From Nitrosopumilus sp. (GTDB lineage Archaea > Thermoproteota > Nitrososphaeria > Nitrososphaerales > Nitrosopumilaceae), in assembly GCA_963662625.1 (NCBI GenBank), contig OY759726.1, positions 1,376,001 through 1,440,000 of the forward strand: a stretch of 64,000 bases of DNA, in the 5' to 3' direction. A program made the position numbers and the translations under genes. How positions within the stretch are numbered: the first letter of the stretch is position 1; each line of letters opens with the position of its first letter. This document shows positions 13,371 to 23,216 of this stretch, in pieces. The notes beneath the pieces were generated by a model. The model did no database searches. It saw only the letters and a program-made list of their open reading frames with translations, and was not told the DNA's origin.

Positions 13371-13421
13371 TGTAAAGGATTTTGGCTCTCAATTTTACCT
13401 AATGCGGCATGAAGTAAACCC

Positions 13422-14582
13422 ATGGCAAGCGAGCACCATCCAGCTGTGAGCCTCCAGGAGTTCGGCCTGAGCAAGTACGAGTCGCAGGCCTACGTCACGC
13501 TGATCTCCCGGGGGACGGTCTCTGCCAGCGAGCTGGCCTACTACTCGGACCTGCCAAGGACCAAGATCTACCCCACGCTGGCCAAGCTGGAAAAAAAGAA
13601 GCTCGTGGTGATATCCAAGAGCAAGCCCATAATGTGCACGGCCGTGGCCCCGGAGGACGCCTTCGACTCGGTCATCCACGAGCAGATAAACAAGGTGAAC
13701 GCGATGAACACCATGGTCTCCAACCTCAAGAAGGCCAGCGAGGAGAGCCGCAAGTCCCAGGGCTCCGAGGAGAAGAGGTACTTCCACCTGGGCGCGAACA
13801 ACGTGCTGACAAAGCTGCGGACGATGATCGAGGGCTCGAAGTCGTCGATCAGCATCGTTTCCGACCAGTGGGGCCTGGGGCTGCTCGCCGAGTGCAGGCA
13901 GCAGCTGATCTCGGTGATCAGGAGGGGCCTTGACGTGAAGCTGGTGATCCACCCGTCCCAGGTGTGCTCGGAGCCGTTCAGGGGGATCCCGGACGGCGTG
14001 AAGATCAGGACGTCGGACGTGATCCAGAACTGCTTCATCTTTGACGACACCGAGCTCCTGGCCGTGGACAGCAGGGACGGCAAGGGGGCAGTGCTCTCCT
14101 CGGCAGACATCCTGGCCGCAAACCAGCTCAGGGCGTTCGCGAGCGTCTGGAAGAACGCGGCGAGGACGGAGTCGCTGGCGGACATGACAAAGTCGGAGGC
14201 CCAGGAGATCTACAAGATCGTCAGGACCGTGCACGAGGGCGGGCTGCTGCACGTGCTCTCCTCCGTCCCGGCGTCGAGGAAGCCCGAGGTCGACATGCTG
14301 AAACTGCTTGAAAAAAACGGCGTCAACCTAAAGTCGAGGCCGCTCGACGAGATCATCGAGATCGTCGACGCCGTCCAGCAGATGGTGTGCGCCGGCCACG
14401 TCAGCTTCGAGGCTGCCACCCGGAACATCACGATAGAGTCCAGGATAAACGGCGGCCACTCGCTGCCGTGGGTGTCCATCCTCGAGGAATGCCTCCACAA
14501 GAAGGGGTACCGGACGAGGACGCTGTACCAGAACCAGCAGGCCAAGAGCGAGAAGATCCACATCAAGATATCTAAAAACTAA
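13422..14582 (+). CDS. TrmB-family transcriptional regulator
   Basis: LQEFGLSKYESQAYVTL...ASELA...PRTKIYPTL HTH followed by an effector-binding domain. Confidence 0.88.
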   Translation: MASEHHPAVSLQEFGLSKYESQAYVTLISRGTVSASELAYYSDLPRTKIYPTLAKLEKKKLVVISKSKPIMCTAVAPEDAFDSVIHEQINKVNAMNTMVSNLKKASEESRKSQGSEEKRYFHLGANNVLTKLRTMIEGSKSSISIVSDQWGLGLLAECRQQLISVIRRGLDVKLVIHPSQVCSEPFRGIPDGVKIRTSDVIQNCFIFDDTELLAVDSRDGKGAVLSSADILAANQLRAFASVWKNAARTESLADMTKSEAQEIYKIVRTVHEGGLLHVLSSVPASRKPEVDMLKLLEKNGVNLKSRPLDEIIEIVDAVQQMVCAGHVSFEAATRNITIESRINGGHSLPWVSILEECLHKKGYRTRTLYQNQQAKSEKIHIKISKN

Positions 14583-14608
14583 AATCACGCGGGGGCCTCC
14601 CACAGTTC

Positions 14609-15061
14609 GTGATAGAGGAGAGGCTAGAGTCGCTCGGGATCGCGCTGCCCGAGCCCCCGGCACCGGCGGGCTCCTACGTGCCGGTAGTCCGGACGGGGAA
14701 CCTCCTGTTCGTCTCCGGCCAGATCCCGGTGGAGGACGGCAGGGTGAAGTTCACGGGCAGGGTGTCCGAGGACAACCTGGGGGAGGGGCAGGCTTCGGCA
14801 AGGCTGTGCGCGGTCAACGTCCTGGCACAGGTGAAGCGCGAGATCGGCGGCCTTGACGGGGTCTCTAGGATCGTGGGGCTGTCCGGGTTCGTCAGTTCCG
14901 GCCCGGGCTTCGCAATGCACCCCAAGGTCATCGACGGGGCGTCGGACCTGCTCTACGAGGTGTTCGGCGACGCTGGAAGGCATTCCAGGATGGCCGTCGG
15001 CGTCGCGGGCCTGCCGCTTGACGCGATGACCGAGGTAGGGGCCGTAGTCGAGGTCAGCTAG
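14609..15061 (+). CDS. RidA/YjgF/UK114 family protein
   Basis: PAGSYVP, LFVSGQIP, GRHSRMAVGVAGLP. Confidence 0.88.
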   Translation: MIEERLESLGIALPEPPAPAGSYVPVVRTGNLLFVSGQIPVEDGRVKFTGRVSEDNLGEGQASARLCAVNVLAQVKREIGGLDGVSRIVGLSGFVSSGPGFAMHPKVIDGASDLLYEVFGDAGRHSRMAVGVAGLPLDAMTEVGAVVEVS

Positions 15062-16091
15062 GCGGGTTCAGCCTCTTGTTGAACTCCGTGAGGAACTTCC
15101 TGATCTTGTCCTTCGGGACCATGGCGCCGCAGGCCTTGTCGTGGCCCCCGCCGGAGCCGCCCAGGTCGGCGGCCAGGGAGTTGACTATCTTCCCCAGGTG
15201 GACCTTGCAGGACCTGGATCCCCTTATGGAGACGGCGTAGATCCCGTGGTCGACCCGCTCCTTGTATGCCACGCCGACGTCCTTTCCTGACAGGCCCAGC
15301 ACGAAGTTGACCGCCCCGCTCGCCCCGGAGTCGACTATCTCCATGTACCCGAGGTTCTTCATGGTCCTCATCCCCTCCTTGACCTTGGCGATCACCTGGG
15401 AGAGCTTGTCCACCTGGATCTGGGCGAACTCGAACGTGTTGGGGATCTGGTGCGGGAACTTCGACTCGGAAAGCTCCTCCACCAGGTACGCCAGGTATTC
15501 AGGGTCCTTCTGGTGGCCGACTATGTTGTACGTGAGGACGGTGGCGCTGATCAGCACGAACTGCCTGTCGTAAATCTGCAACAGCCTGGATCCGATGGGG
15601 CGGTCCTCCATGTAGTCGGTGACCGCGGCGCACGCCGCTATGAACGACGCGTGGTCCTGCAGCTTTGACTTGAACTTGTTGTATACCTGGACGGTGGTGC
15701 ACTCGTCGACGTCGTGGATCATCTTCACCTTCATGTCCTCGAGCTGCCCGGCGATGCCCTGGTCGATGTCGTGGTGATCCACGTACGTGACCGACACGCG
15801 CTTCTTGCGCAGCGCCCCCACTAGCCCGACGAACTCGTCCTGGTTCTTCTTGCTGAGGCCCAGGTCGCAGATGTACAGGGACTTTAGCTCCGGGTCCTCG
15901 CTCGCCTGCCTGATCGCCTCCATCTGCCCGGGGTAGTCCACCAGCACCGAGTCCCCGCCAAACGCCTGCCTTATCAGGGCGGCGGAACTGATCCCGTCTG
16001 CGTCCTCCTTGTGGGATATGCAGAGCGTCTTGACCCGCTTGCCTGCATGCGGCCTGCCGGAGGCTCCCGCCGCCTTCTTTGACGCGGTCAT
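15054..16091 (-). CDS. DHH/DHHA1 family phosphoesterase
   Basis: DADG, DHH and GGSGGGHDKACGA motifs. Confidence 0.88.
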   Translation of the reverse strand: MTASKKAAGASGRPHAGKRVKTLCISHKEDADGISSAALIRQAFGGDSVLVDYPGQMEAIRQASEDPELKSLYICDLGLSKKNQDEFVGLVGALRKKRVSVTYVDHHDIDQGIAGQLEDMKVKMIHDVDECTTVQVYNKFKSKLQDHASFIAACAAVTDYMEDRPIGSRLLQIYDRQFVLISATVLTYNIVGHQKDPEYLAYLVEELSESKFPHQIPNTFEFAQIQVDKLSQVIAKVKEGMRTMKNLGYMEIVDSGASGAVNFVLGLSGKDVGVAYKERVDHGIYAVSIRGSRSCKVHLGKIVNSLAADLGGSGGGHDKACGAMVPKDKIRKFLTEFNKRLNPPS

Positions 16092-16145
16092 CAATGTCCG
16101 AAAACGACGCGCCCTCATTTAAACCAAGAAAGACGCGGCCCGCGG

Positions 16146-16340
16146 TCAGCTCCCCGTGCCGCGCCCCTTCCTGACGCCCTGCCGGGCCGGCACCGCGGAG
16201 TTGGCGCACGCGTCGTAAAACGGCACCCCGGTCAGCTGCGTCTGCCTGTCGGCCTCCTGGATCTTCCTCAGATCGGGGCCCGACGCATCGAGGATCATGC
16301 CGTCCATTCTCTCGAACAGCCTTCTTTCGGCCGGAGTCAT
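16146..16340 (-). CDS. Small hypothetical protein
   Basis: ATG start preceded by an AT-rich promoter-like tract; shares a motif with the 17727 protein. Confidence 0.55.
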   Translation of the reverse strand: MTPAERRLFERMDGMILDASGPDLRKIQEADRQTQLTGVPFYDACANSAVPARQGVRKGRGTGS

Positions 16341-16566
16341 TTAACTCTTGGTTAAAACCGGCCATTTATGGGCCGGGGTTGCCATATTAGACAATTTGCT
16401 AAGCTTCGTAGACGCGGAGGCCGGCCGCCGCGCGCCGCGCACTGACGGGGGCGGGTCCCGCGGCCCACAGCCTCGGGCACGGGGGCGCCGCGTCTTCCGG
16501 CCCGGCGCGCCCGTCCTGCGGGCCGCGATTGGGAAAATATAATAGAAGATCCCACTGAATACCGCC

Positions 16567-17730
16567 GTGGACACGAAGAACATAGGCCTCCGCGGGATCG
16601 AGGTGGCAGACACGAAGATCTCGAACATAGACGGCAAGAGGGGAAAGCTGATCTACCGCGGATATGACATCCTGGACCTGACAAAAAACTCGACGTTCGA
16701 GGAGACCGCGTACCTGCTGCTGTACGACGACCTGCCCACGAAGAAGCAGCTGAACGAGTTCAAGGCCAACCTGGCCGAGGCGAGGCTGATCCCAAAGCGG
16801 ATGCAGATGAACATGAAGAACTGGAGGAAGGACGCCGACCCCATGGACATGCTCCAGGCGTTCGTCTCCGCGCTGGCGGGGTACTATGACGAGGAGTTTT
16901 CCACGAAGGAGTCGAGCTACGAAAAGGCGATCAACCTGGTCGCGAAGGTCCCGACGATCATAGCAAGCTGGCACAGGATCCGGAACGGGCTGGACCTGGT
17001 GGATCCCGACCCGGAACTTGGCCACGCCGCGAACTTCCTGCGCATGATGTTCGGGGAAAAGCCCGACCCGGAGATTGAGAGCATATTCGACATCTGCCTG
17101 ATCCTGCACGCCGACCACACGTTCAACGCGTCCACGTTCACCGCGAGGCAGGTGGCGTCCACCAGGGCGCACATGTACTCCGCGGCCAGCGCGGCGATCG
17201 GCTCGCTCAGCGGGGAGCTGCACGGCGGCGCCAACACAGAGGTGATGAAGATGCTCCTGGAGATAGGGGACATCCAGAAGGTCGAGCCGTGGATCAAGGA
17301 CTCGATGGCCCGGGGCGAGAGGATCATGGGGATGGGCCACGCGGTATACCGCACGTATGATCCGAGGGCCCAGGTGCTCAAGGAGATGTCGCGGAAGGTA
17401 GCGGCAAAGACGGGGGAGCCGTGGTTTGACATGACCGAGAAGGTCGAGATGACGACGATCTCCGAGATGAAGGAGAGGAAGGGCAGGAACATCTACCCCA
17501 ACGTGGACCTGTACAGCGCGTCGATCTACTACATGATGAAGATCCCGGTGGATCTCAACACCCCGATCTTCGCGATATCGAGGGTGGCCGGGTGGGCCGC
17601 CCACATCATAGAGGAAAAGTTCGCCGAGGCCGCGCCAAAGCCCGCGCTGTACAGGCCAAAGGCGTCCTACGTGGGGAAGTACTGCGGGCCGCAGGGGTGC
17701 GAGTACAAGGCGCTTGACCTGAGGAACTAG
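16567..17730 (+). CDS. gltA: Citrate synthase
   Basis: GLRGI, LIYRGY, HADHTFNASTF, LHGGAN, MGMGHAVY, PNVDLY. Confidence 0.95.
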   Translation: MDTKNIGLRGIEVADTKISNIDGKRGKLIYRGYDILDLTKNSTFEETAYLLLYDDLPTKKQLNEFKANLAEARLIPKRMQMNMKNWRKDADPMDMLQAFVSALAGYYDEEFSTKESSYEKAINLVAKVPTIIASWHRIRNGLDLVDPDPELGHAANFLRMMFGEKPDPEIESIFDICLILHADHTFNASTFTARQVASTRAHMYSAASAAIGSLSGELHGGANTEVMKMLLEIGDIQKVEPWIKDSMARGERIMGMGHAVYRTYDPRAQVLKEMSRKVAAKTGEPWFDMTEKVEMTTISEMKERKGRNIYPNVDLYSASIYYMMKIPVDLNTPIFAISRVAGWAAHIIEEKFAEAAPKPALYRPKASYVGKYCGPQGCEYKALDLRN

Positions 17731-17933
17731 TTGCGCGTGTCCAGCCAGTCGTGGGCCTTGGCGTTTATGTCGTGCCTGTACAGGACCTCGAACACCATGT
17801 CGTAGAACGTGATCCCCTTCTTCCGGGCCTGGTCGTCAAGCCATTTTATGCCGTCTGCCAGCTCGGGGTCATGTTCGGAGAACTCAACCAGCTCGTCGAC
17901 CATCTTTGAAAAAAACCCGTTCGACTCCAGCAT
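17727..17933 (-). CDS. Small hypothetical protein
   Basis: Coding-like (FFSKMVDEL...GITFYDMVFEVL); convergent with gltA with a 4-nt overlap. Confidence 0.65.
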   Translation of the reverse strand: MLESNGFFSKMVDELVEFSEHDPELADGIKWLDDQARKKGITFYDMVFEVLYRHDINAKAHDWLDTRN

Positions 17934-18157
17934 GCATTCAGTTTCCACGCTTTGATCATAAGGGTTGGATTCAAAATATGTAGACAAAAGACCGTTTTTT
18001 GGTTGACAATGGCTAGCGGGCGCGGGCCTCGCGGGCCGGCAGGCGCGGGCCGATCCGCCCTGGGCGCACCGGGCCGGCGCGGCATGCCCGCTCGCGGCCC
18101 GCGGCGATCCCCGCGGATGCTAGGGTTTATTTTGGAGTGCGGAATCCCATGGATCAC

Positions 18158-18799
18158 ATGGCAGGTATAGACAAGGCTGCAATCGCGTTCACGATAGCAA
18201 TAGTGGCCGCAGGCGTAGGAATGGCGCTTTATGGCGAGGGCGTGCAGAGTGCACCGGCCGCCACCGCGCCAGCAATTCCCACGCCGGCCGCGATGCCGGC
18301 CGATGAACCGGAACCGCAGACTGACACGTTTGCGGCGCTGGCCGACAAGGTCAAGGAAGACACCGCAGCGGCAGACGTGTCCGTTGAGGTGGCGCAGGTA
18401 CCGCCCGCGACAGGTACGGAGGAACCCGCGCCCGAAGCCGAGGCCGCACAGGACGCGCCCGAAGCCGAGGCCGCACCGGCACCAGCGCCAGCAGGGCCCC
18501 AAACGGTCACCGTAGACATCCCGGTAGGGACGTCGGTGCCAGGCTGCGAGGAGACCAACGCGTGCTACCTCCCGATGTCCGTCACAATCAACGCCGGCGA
18601 CACCGTGGAATGGGCAAACGTGGACACCGCGGCGCACACGGTCACGAGCGGGCTCCCGTCAAGCGGACCGTCAGGAGAATTCGACAGCAGCCTAATCATG
18701 GTGGACGCGTCATTCGCGTTCACGTTTGACGAGCCCGGCAGCTACGATTACTTTTGCATGGTTCACCCGTGGATGATCGGCGACGTCCAAGTCAACTAG
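18158..18799 (+). CDS. Membrane-anchored blue (type 1) copper/cupredoxin protein
   Basis: N-terminal TM segment, Pro/Ala/Glu linker, HTVTSG and YFCMVHPWM copper ligands. Confidence 0.9.
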   Translation: MAGIDKAAIAFTIAIVAAGVGMALYGEGVQSAPAATAPAIPTPAAMPADEPEPQTDTFAALADKVKEDTAAADVSVEVAQVPPATGTEEPAPEAEAAQDAPEAEAAPAPAPAGPQTVTVDIPVGTSVPGCEETNACYLPMSVTINAGDTVEWANVDTAAHTVTSGLPSSGPSGEFDSSLIMVDASFAFTFDEPGSYDYFCMVHPWMIGDVQVN

Positions 18800-18803
18800 G
18801 AAC

Positions 18804-18820
18804 CTTTTTCTTTTTATTTT
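18804..18820 (+). terminator. Oligo-T terminator after the cupredoxin gene
   Basis: T-rich tract immediately after the stop, between convergent genes. Confidence 0.5.
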
Positions 18821-20400
18821 ACCCGGGCCCTGCGGATGGCCCTGTTGTACGCCACGCCGAACCTGTGCGCCTCGTCGCGCGCGTGCTGCAGGATCCGCAG
18901 CGCCGCCCCCTCCCTCGGCATCGCCACCGGGTCCCTCCTCCCCGGGACGTACACCTCCTCGTTCTCCTTCGCAAGCGAGACGCACGGTATGCCGAGCCCG
19001 AGCGCGCGCAGCGCGTCCAGCGCCGAGTTGAGCTGCCCCCTGCCACCGTCGATCAGGACCATGTCCGGGAGCGCGGCGCCGGCCCCGAGCAGCCCGTAGT
19101 AGCGGCGCCTGACCACCTCGCCTATCATCGCAAAGTCGTCCCTCCCGGAGACGGTCCTTATCCTGAACTTCCTGTACGCGGACTTGTCGGGCCGCCCGTC
19201 CACGAACGCGGACATGGCGCCCACCGCAAAGTCCTCCCCGTGGTTCGAGATGTCAAAGCACTCTATGGTGCCGGGCGCCGCCGGGAGGCCCAGCGCGTCC
19301 TTGAGGTCGGCCAGGCCCGGCTCGCCGCCCATCTCCTGGACCAGCCTGAGGTTCCTCGATATGAGGTCGAGGATCTCCCTCCTCTTCCCCCTCTTGGGCA
19401 GCGTGATCCGCACCCGGAAGCCTGCCTGCTCGGAAAACAGCGCCTCCAGGGCGTCCCTGCCTGCGGGGTACTCGCTTACGACGATGAACCTGGGCAGCCG
19501 GTGGGTGGAATAATACTGGGACAGGAACGTCGAGAACGAGTTGTCGCCGACCAGGTCGAAGGAGAACCTGTCGCTGTCCCTGATGACGCCGTGCACCATC
19601 CGGAAGTTCATCACGACGGCCGACTGGTCCCGCAGCGCGATCCCAAAGTACTCCTCGTCGGAGTTCTTGACGTACTCCATCTTCTGCCCCGTCTGCAGGC
19701 TGCCGAGCCGGGCCAGGGTGTCCCGTATCTCGATCGCCCTCTCGAACTGCCGCATACCCGCCGCGCGCCTCATCTCGCCCTCGAGCTTCTCGGCGAAGAC
19801 CCTCGTCTGGTTCCTGCCCTTGAGCACCCCCTCGAGGGCCTCGACGTGCCCCGCGTAGCTCTCCTGCGCTGACCCGAACTCGCACGGCCCCTCGCAGTTG
19901 CCCAGGTGGTACTCGAGGCAGACCTTCTTTGGCAGGGTCTTGCATATCCTTATCTGGAACGCCTTGCGCAGCGTCCCTATCGTCAGCAGCTTCGAGCTGC
20001 CGTGCGTGAACGGCCCGTAGATCTTCCCCCTCCCCAGGAACTTCCCGTCGCGCGTCCTCCTTGCCACCAGCAGCCGGGGGTACCTTTCGTCGGAGATCCT
20101 CAGGTAGGTGTACCGCTGCTGGTCCTTGAGCTCTATGTTGAACCGCGGCCTGTGCCTCTTTATCATGTTGGACTCGAGGAGGAACGCCTCGCTCTCGTTG
20201 TCGGTCAGGACGAACTCGATCCCGGCTATGCTCTCGACGAGCTTCTGCGTCTTGCGGTTCTGGTTCTTCAGGAAGTACGACCGCACGCGGTTCCTGAGGT
20301 TCTTTGCCTTGCCTATGTATATGGTGCTGCCCGCCCCGTCCTTCATTAGGTAGACGCCCGGCCCCTGCGGGATGCTTACCCGCGACACGTCAAACGTCAT
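18814..20400 (-). CDS. uvrC: Excinuclease ABC subunit C
   Basis: GIY-YIG (PGVYLMK..IYIGKAKNLRNRVRSYF), FDISN, LIDGGRGQL, RDEAHRF; ATG overlaps the uvrA stop. Confidence 0.93.
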   Translation of the reverse strand: MTFDVSRVSIPQGPGVYLMKDGAGSTIYIGKAKNLRNRVRSYFLKNQNRKTQKLVESIAGIEFVLTDNESEAFLLESNMIKRHRPRFNIELKDQQRYTYLRISDERYPRLLVARRTRDGKFLGRGKIYGPFTHGSSKLLTIGTLRKAFQIRICKTLPKKVCLEYHLGNCEGPCEFGSAQESYAGHVEALEGVLKGRNQTRVFAEKLEGEMRRAAGMRQFERAIEIRDTLARLGSLQTGQKMEYVKNSDEEYFGIALRDQSAVVMNFRMVHGVIRDSDRFSFDLVGDNSFSTFLSQYYSTHRLPRFIVVSEYPAGRDALEALFSEQAGFRVRITLPKRGKRREILDLISRNLRLVQEMGGEPGLADLKDALGLPAAPGTIECFDISNHGEDFAVGAMSAFVDGRPDKSAYRKFRIRTVSGRDDFAMIGEVVRRRYYGLLGAGAALPDMVLIDGGRGQLNSALDALRALGLGIPCVSLAKENEEVYVPGRRDPVAMPREGAALRILQHARDEAHRFGVAYNRAIRRARVK

Positions 20401-23216
20401 TTCCGCAGCAACTTTTTGAGGTACCTTCCGGTGTAGCTCCCGGGAGACCTTGACAGCTGCTCCGGCGTGCCGGCGGCCACCACCCGCCCGCCCTCGTCGC
20501 CGCCCTCCGGCCCGAGGTCCACCACCCAGTCCGAGTTCCTGATGACGTCCATGTTGTGCTCGATCACCACCACCGTGTTTCCCAGGTTGACCAGCCTGTT
20601 CAGCACGTCGAGGAGCTTCTGCACGTCCGCAAAGTGGAGGCCGGTGGTCGGCTCGTCCAGGATGTACAGCGTCCTCCCGGTCCCGCGCTTCGAGAGCTCC
20701 GAGGCCAGCTTCACCCGCTGGGCCTCCCCGCCAGACAGCGTGGTGGACGACTGCCCGAGCTTGATGTACCCGAGCCCGACGTCGTATATCGTCTGCAGCT
20801 TCCTCTTGATCGCCGGGACGTTCCCGAAGAACTCCAGGGCCTCGAAGACGGTCATCTCCAGCACGTCTGCCACGTTCTTCCCCTTGTACATCACGGACAG
20901 GGTCTCGGAGTTGTAGCGCTTGCCCTTGCACTCGTCGCACTTCACGTAGACGTCCGAGAGGAACTGCATCTCTATCCGCTTGACGCCGTCGCCGTCGCAC
21001 GCAAAGCACCTCCCGTCGGCGACGTTGAACGAGAACTGCCCCGGCGCGTAGCCGCGCTCCCTTGACAGCTCCGTGCCGGCGTACAGCTCGCGTATCGGGG
21101 TGAACGCCCCGATGTACGTGGCCGGGTTGGAGCGGGGCGTCCTCCCTATGGGGGACTGGTCTATGGCGATCACCTTGTCTATGTCGCCGGCGCCGTCTAT
21201 CCCCCGGTGCCTCCCGGGCCTGGCGTTTGACTGGTAGAAGCGGGCCTCGAGCGACCTGAGCAGGATGTCGTTGACCAGCGTGGACTTGCCGGAGCCGGAC
21301 ACCCCCGTCACCGAGACGAACAGGCCCAGCGGTATCTCCACGTCGATGTCCTTGAGGTTGTTCTCGGCGGCCCCCAGCACCCGCAGCTTCCCGGCGGGCG
21401 CCCTCACCCTGCCTTCCAGCCCGATGGACTCCTTGCCCTTCAGGTAGTCCCCGGTGACTGACCTGTGGCCGTTGAGGATCTGCCTGACCGTCCCCTCGAA
21501 CACTATGCTGCCGCCGTGTATGCCCGCCCCGGGCCCCAGGTCCACTATCCAGTCGGAGCGCCGTATCACCTCCTCGTCGTGCTCCACGACGATCACCGTG
21601 TTGCCGAGGTTCCGCAGCTTGGTCAGCGTCTTTATCAGCCTGGCGTTGTCGCGCTGGTGCAGGCCTATCGTGGGCTCGTCAAGCACGTACATGACGCCGG
21701 TGAGGTTGGAGCCGATCTGCGTCGCCAGGCGTATCCTCTGCGACTCCCCGCCCGACAGCGTGGAGCTGAGGCGGTTGAGCGCCAGGTAGTTCAGCCCGAC
21801 GTTCCTCAGGAACTCCAGCCTCTCCGTTATCTCCTTGAGGATGTCGCGCGCGATGTACCGCTCGTTGTCGGTCAGGCCGAGGCCGGAAAAGAACCCGTAG
21901 CAGTCGTCTATGGACATGTCGCAGACGTCCATTATGCCCCTGCCGTTGATCCTCACCGCGAGGGACTCCGGCCTCAGCTTGTTGCCGCCGCAGGAGTCGC
22001 ACGGCGTGTCCCTCATGAACCCCTTCAGCCACTCCCGCTTCGACTCGGAGTCCGTCTCGGCAAACGAGCGCCGGAGGCTCCCCATCACGCCCCGGAAGGC
22101 GTCGACGCGCTGCCAGGTGGAGCCGCCCGAGTACGACCTGTAGCTGACCTTGATCGGGTCGTCCGTCCCGTGCAGGATCACCCTGAGGTGCTCCGGGCTT
22201 ATCCGCTCGATCGGGGTCATCAGGTCGAAGCCGAACTTGCTGCCCACCGCGCGCAGCTCCTGGCGCCTGAACGAGGAGAACCTCCCGCTCCACGGGACTA
22301 TGGCGCCGTCCAGTATCGACTTTGTCCTGTCGGGTATCACCAGGTCGGCGTCAAACTCCATCTTCACGCCCAGGCCGCTGCATGCCCTGCACATCCCGAA
22401 CGGCGAGTTGAACGAGAAGGTGCGCGGCTCCAGCTCGCCCACCGTCAGGCCGCAGTGGGGGCACGCGTTGTTCTGGGAGAACGTCCTCTCGGACCTTTCC
22501 GAGGACACCACCGCGTCCCCCTTGGACGCCTTGATCGCCGCCTGCACCGCCTCGAACAGCCTGGAGCGCTCGGTCCTGGCGGCCCTTATCCTGTCCACCA
22601 CGATCTCGACCGTGTGCCACTTCTGGCGGTCGAGCGCGGGGACGTCCCCGTCCAGGTCCAGGACCTCCCCGTCCAGGCGTATCCTGGAGTACCCGTCCTT
22701 CCTTACCTGCTCCAGGATCTTCTCGTGGGTGCCCTTCTTCCTCCGTATGATCGGGGACAGCACGAGTATCTTCTGGCCGTCGAACTCCCTGAGCACGGAG
22801 TCGCATATGGTCTCGACCGACTGGCTTGATATCTTCCTGCCGCACGAGGCGCAGTGGGGGATCCCGATGCGCGCGTAGAGCAGCCGCATGTAGTCGTAGA
22901 TCTCCGTGGTGGTGCCCACGGTCGAGCGCGGGTTCTTGCTGGTGGTCTTCTGCTGGATCGATATGGCCGGGGAGAGCCCGTCTATCGAGTCGACGTCTGG
23001 CTTGTCCATCATCTCCAGGAACTGCCGCGCGTACGCCGAGAGCGACTCCACGTACCGCCTCTGCCCCTCGGCGTATATGGTGTCAAACGCGAGCGTGGAC
23101 TTGCCGGATCCCGACAGGCCGCTGATCACCACCAGGCTGTTCTTGGGGATGTCGACGTCGAGGTTCTTCAGGTTGTGGTGGCGCGCGCCGCGGATCCTCA
23201 GCTTACTTTCTGCCAT
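20397..23216 (-). CDS. uvrA: Excinuclease ABC subunit A
   Basis: Two ABC cassettes (GLSGSGKS, GVSGSGKS, LSGGE) and zinc fingers. Confidence 0.97.
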   Translation of the reverse strand: MAESKLRIRGARHHNLKNLDVDIPKNSLVVISGLSGSGKSTLAFDTIYAEGQRRYVESLSAYARQFLEMMDKPDVDSIDGLSPAISIQQKTTSKNPRSTVGTTTEIYDYMRLLYARIGIPHCASCGRKISSQSVETICDSVLREFDGQKILVLSPIIRRKKGTHEKILEQVRKDGYSRIRLDGEVLDLDGDVPALDRQKWHTVEIVVDRIRAARTERSRLFEAVQAAIKASKGDAVVSSERSERTFSQNNACPHCGLTVGELEPRTFSFNSPFGMCRACSGLGVKMEFDADLVIPDRTKSILDGAIVPWSGRFSSFRRQELRAVGSKFGFDLMTPIERISPEHLRVILHGTDDPIKVSYRSYSGGSTWQRVDAFRGVMGSLRRSFAETDSESKREWLKGFMRDTPCDSCGGNKLRPESLAVRINGRGIMDVCDMSIDDCYGFFSGLGLTDNERYIARDILKEITERLEFLRNVGLNYLALNRLSSTLSGGESQRIRLATQIGSNLTGVMYVLDEPTIGLHQRDNARLIKTLTKLRNLGNTVIVVEHDEEVIRRSDWIVDLGPGAGIHGGSIVFEGTVRQILNGHRSVTGDYLKGKESIGLEGRVRAPAGKLRVLGAAENNLKDIDVEIPLGLFVSVTGVSGSGKSTLVNDILLRSLEARFYQSNARPGRHRGIDGAGDIDKVIAIDQSPIGRTPRSNPATYIGAFTPIRELYAGTELSRERGYAPGQFSFNVADGRCFACDGDGVKRIEMQFLSDVYVKCDECKGKRYNSETLSVMYKGKNVADVLEMTVFEALEFFGNVPAIKRKLQTIYDVGLGYIKLGQSSTTLSGGEAQRVKLASELSKRGTGRTLYILDEPTTGLHFADVQKLLDVLNRLVNLGNTVVVIEHNMDVIRNSDWVVDLGPEGGDEGGRVVAAGTPEQLSRSPGSYTGRYLKKLLRK

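Noticed and set aside
18427-18476. Short direct repeat in the cupredoxin gene as a mobile or regulatory element
   Set aside because: It is a two-copy in-frame duplication within a low-complexity Pro/Ala/Glu linker.
20401-21009. 731-aa UvrC from the ORF track
   Set aside because: The extension is an alternative frame of uvrA; the GIY-YIG domain begins after ATG 20400.
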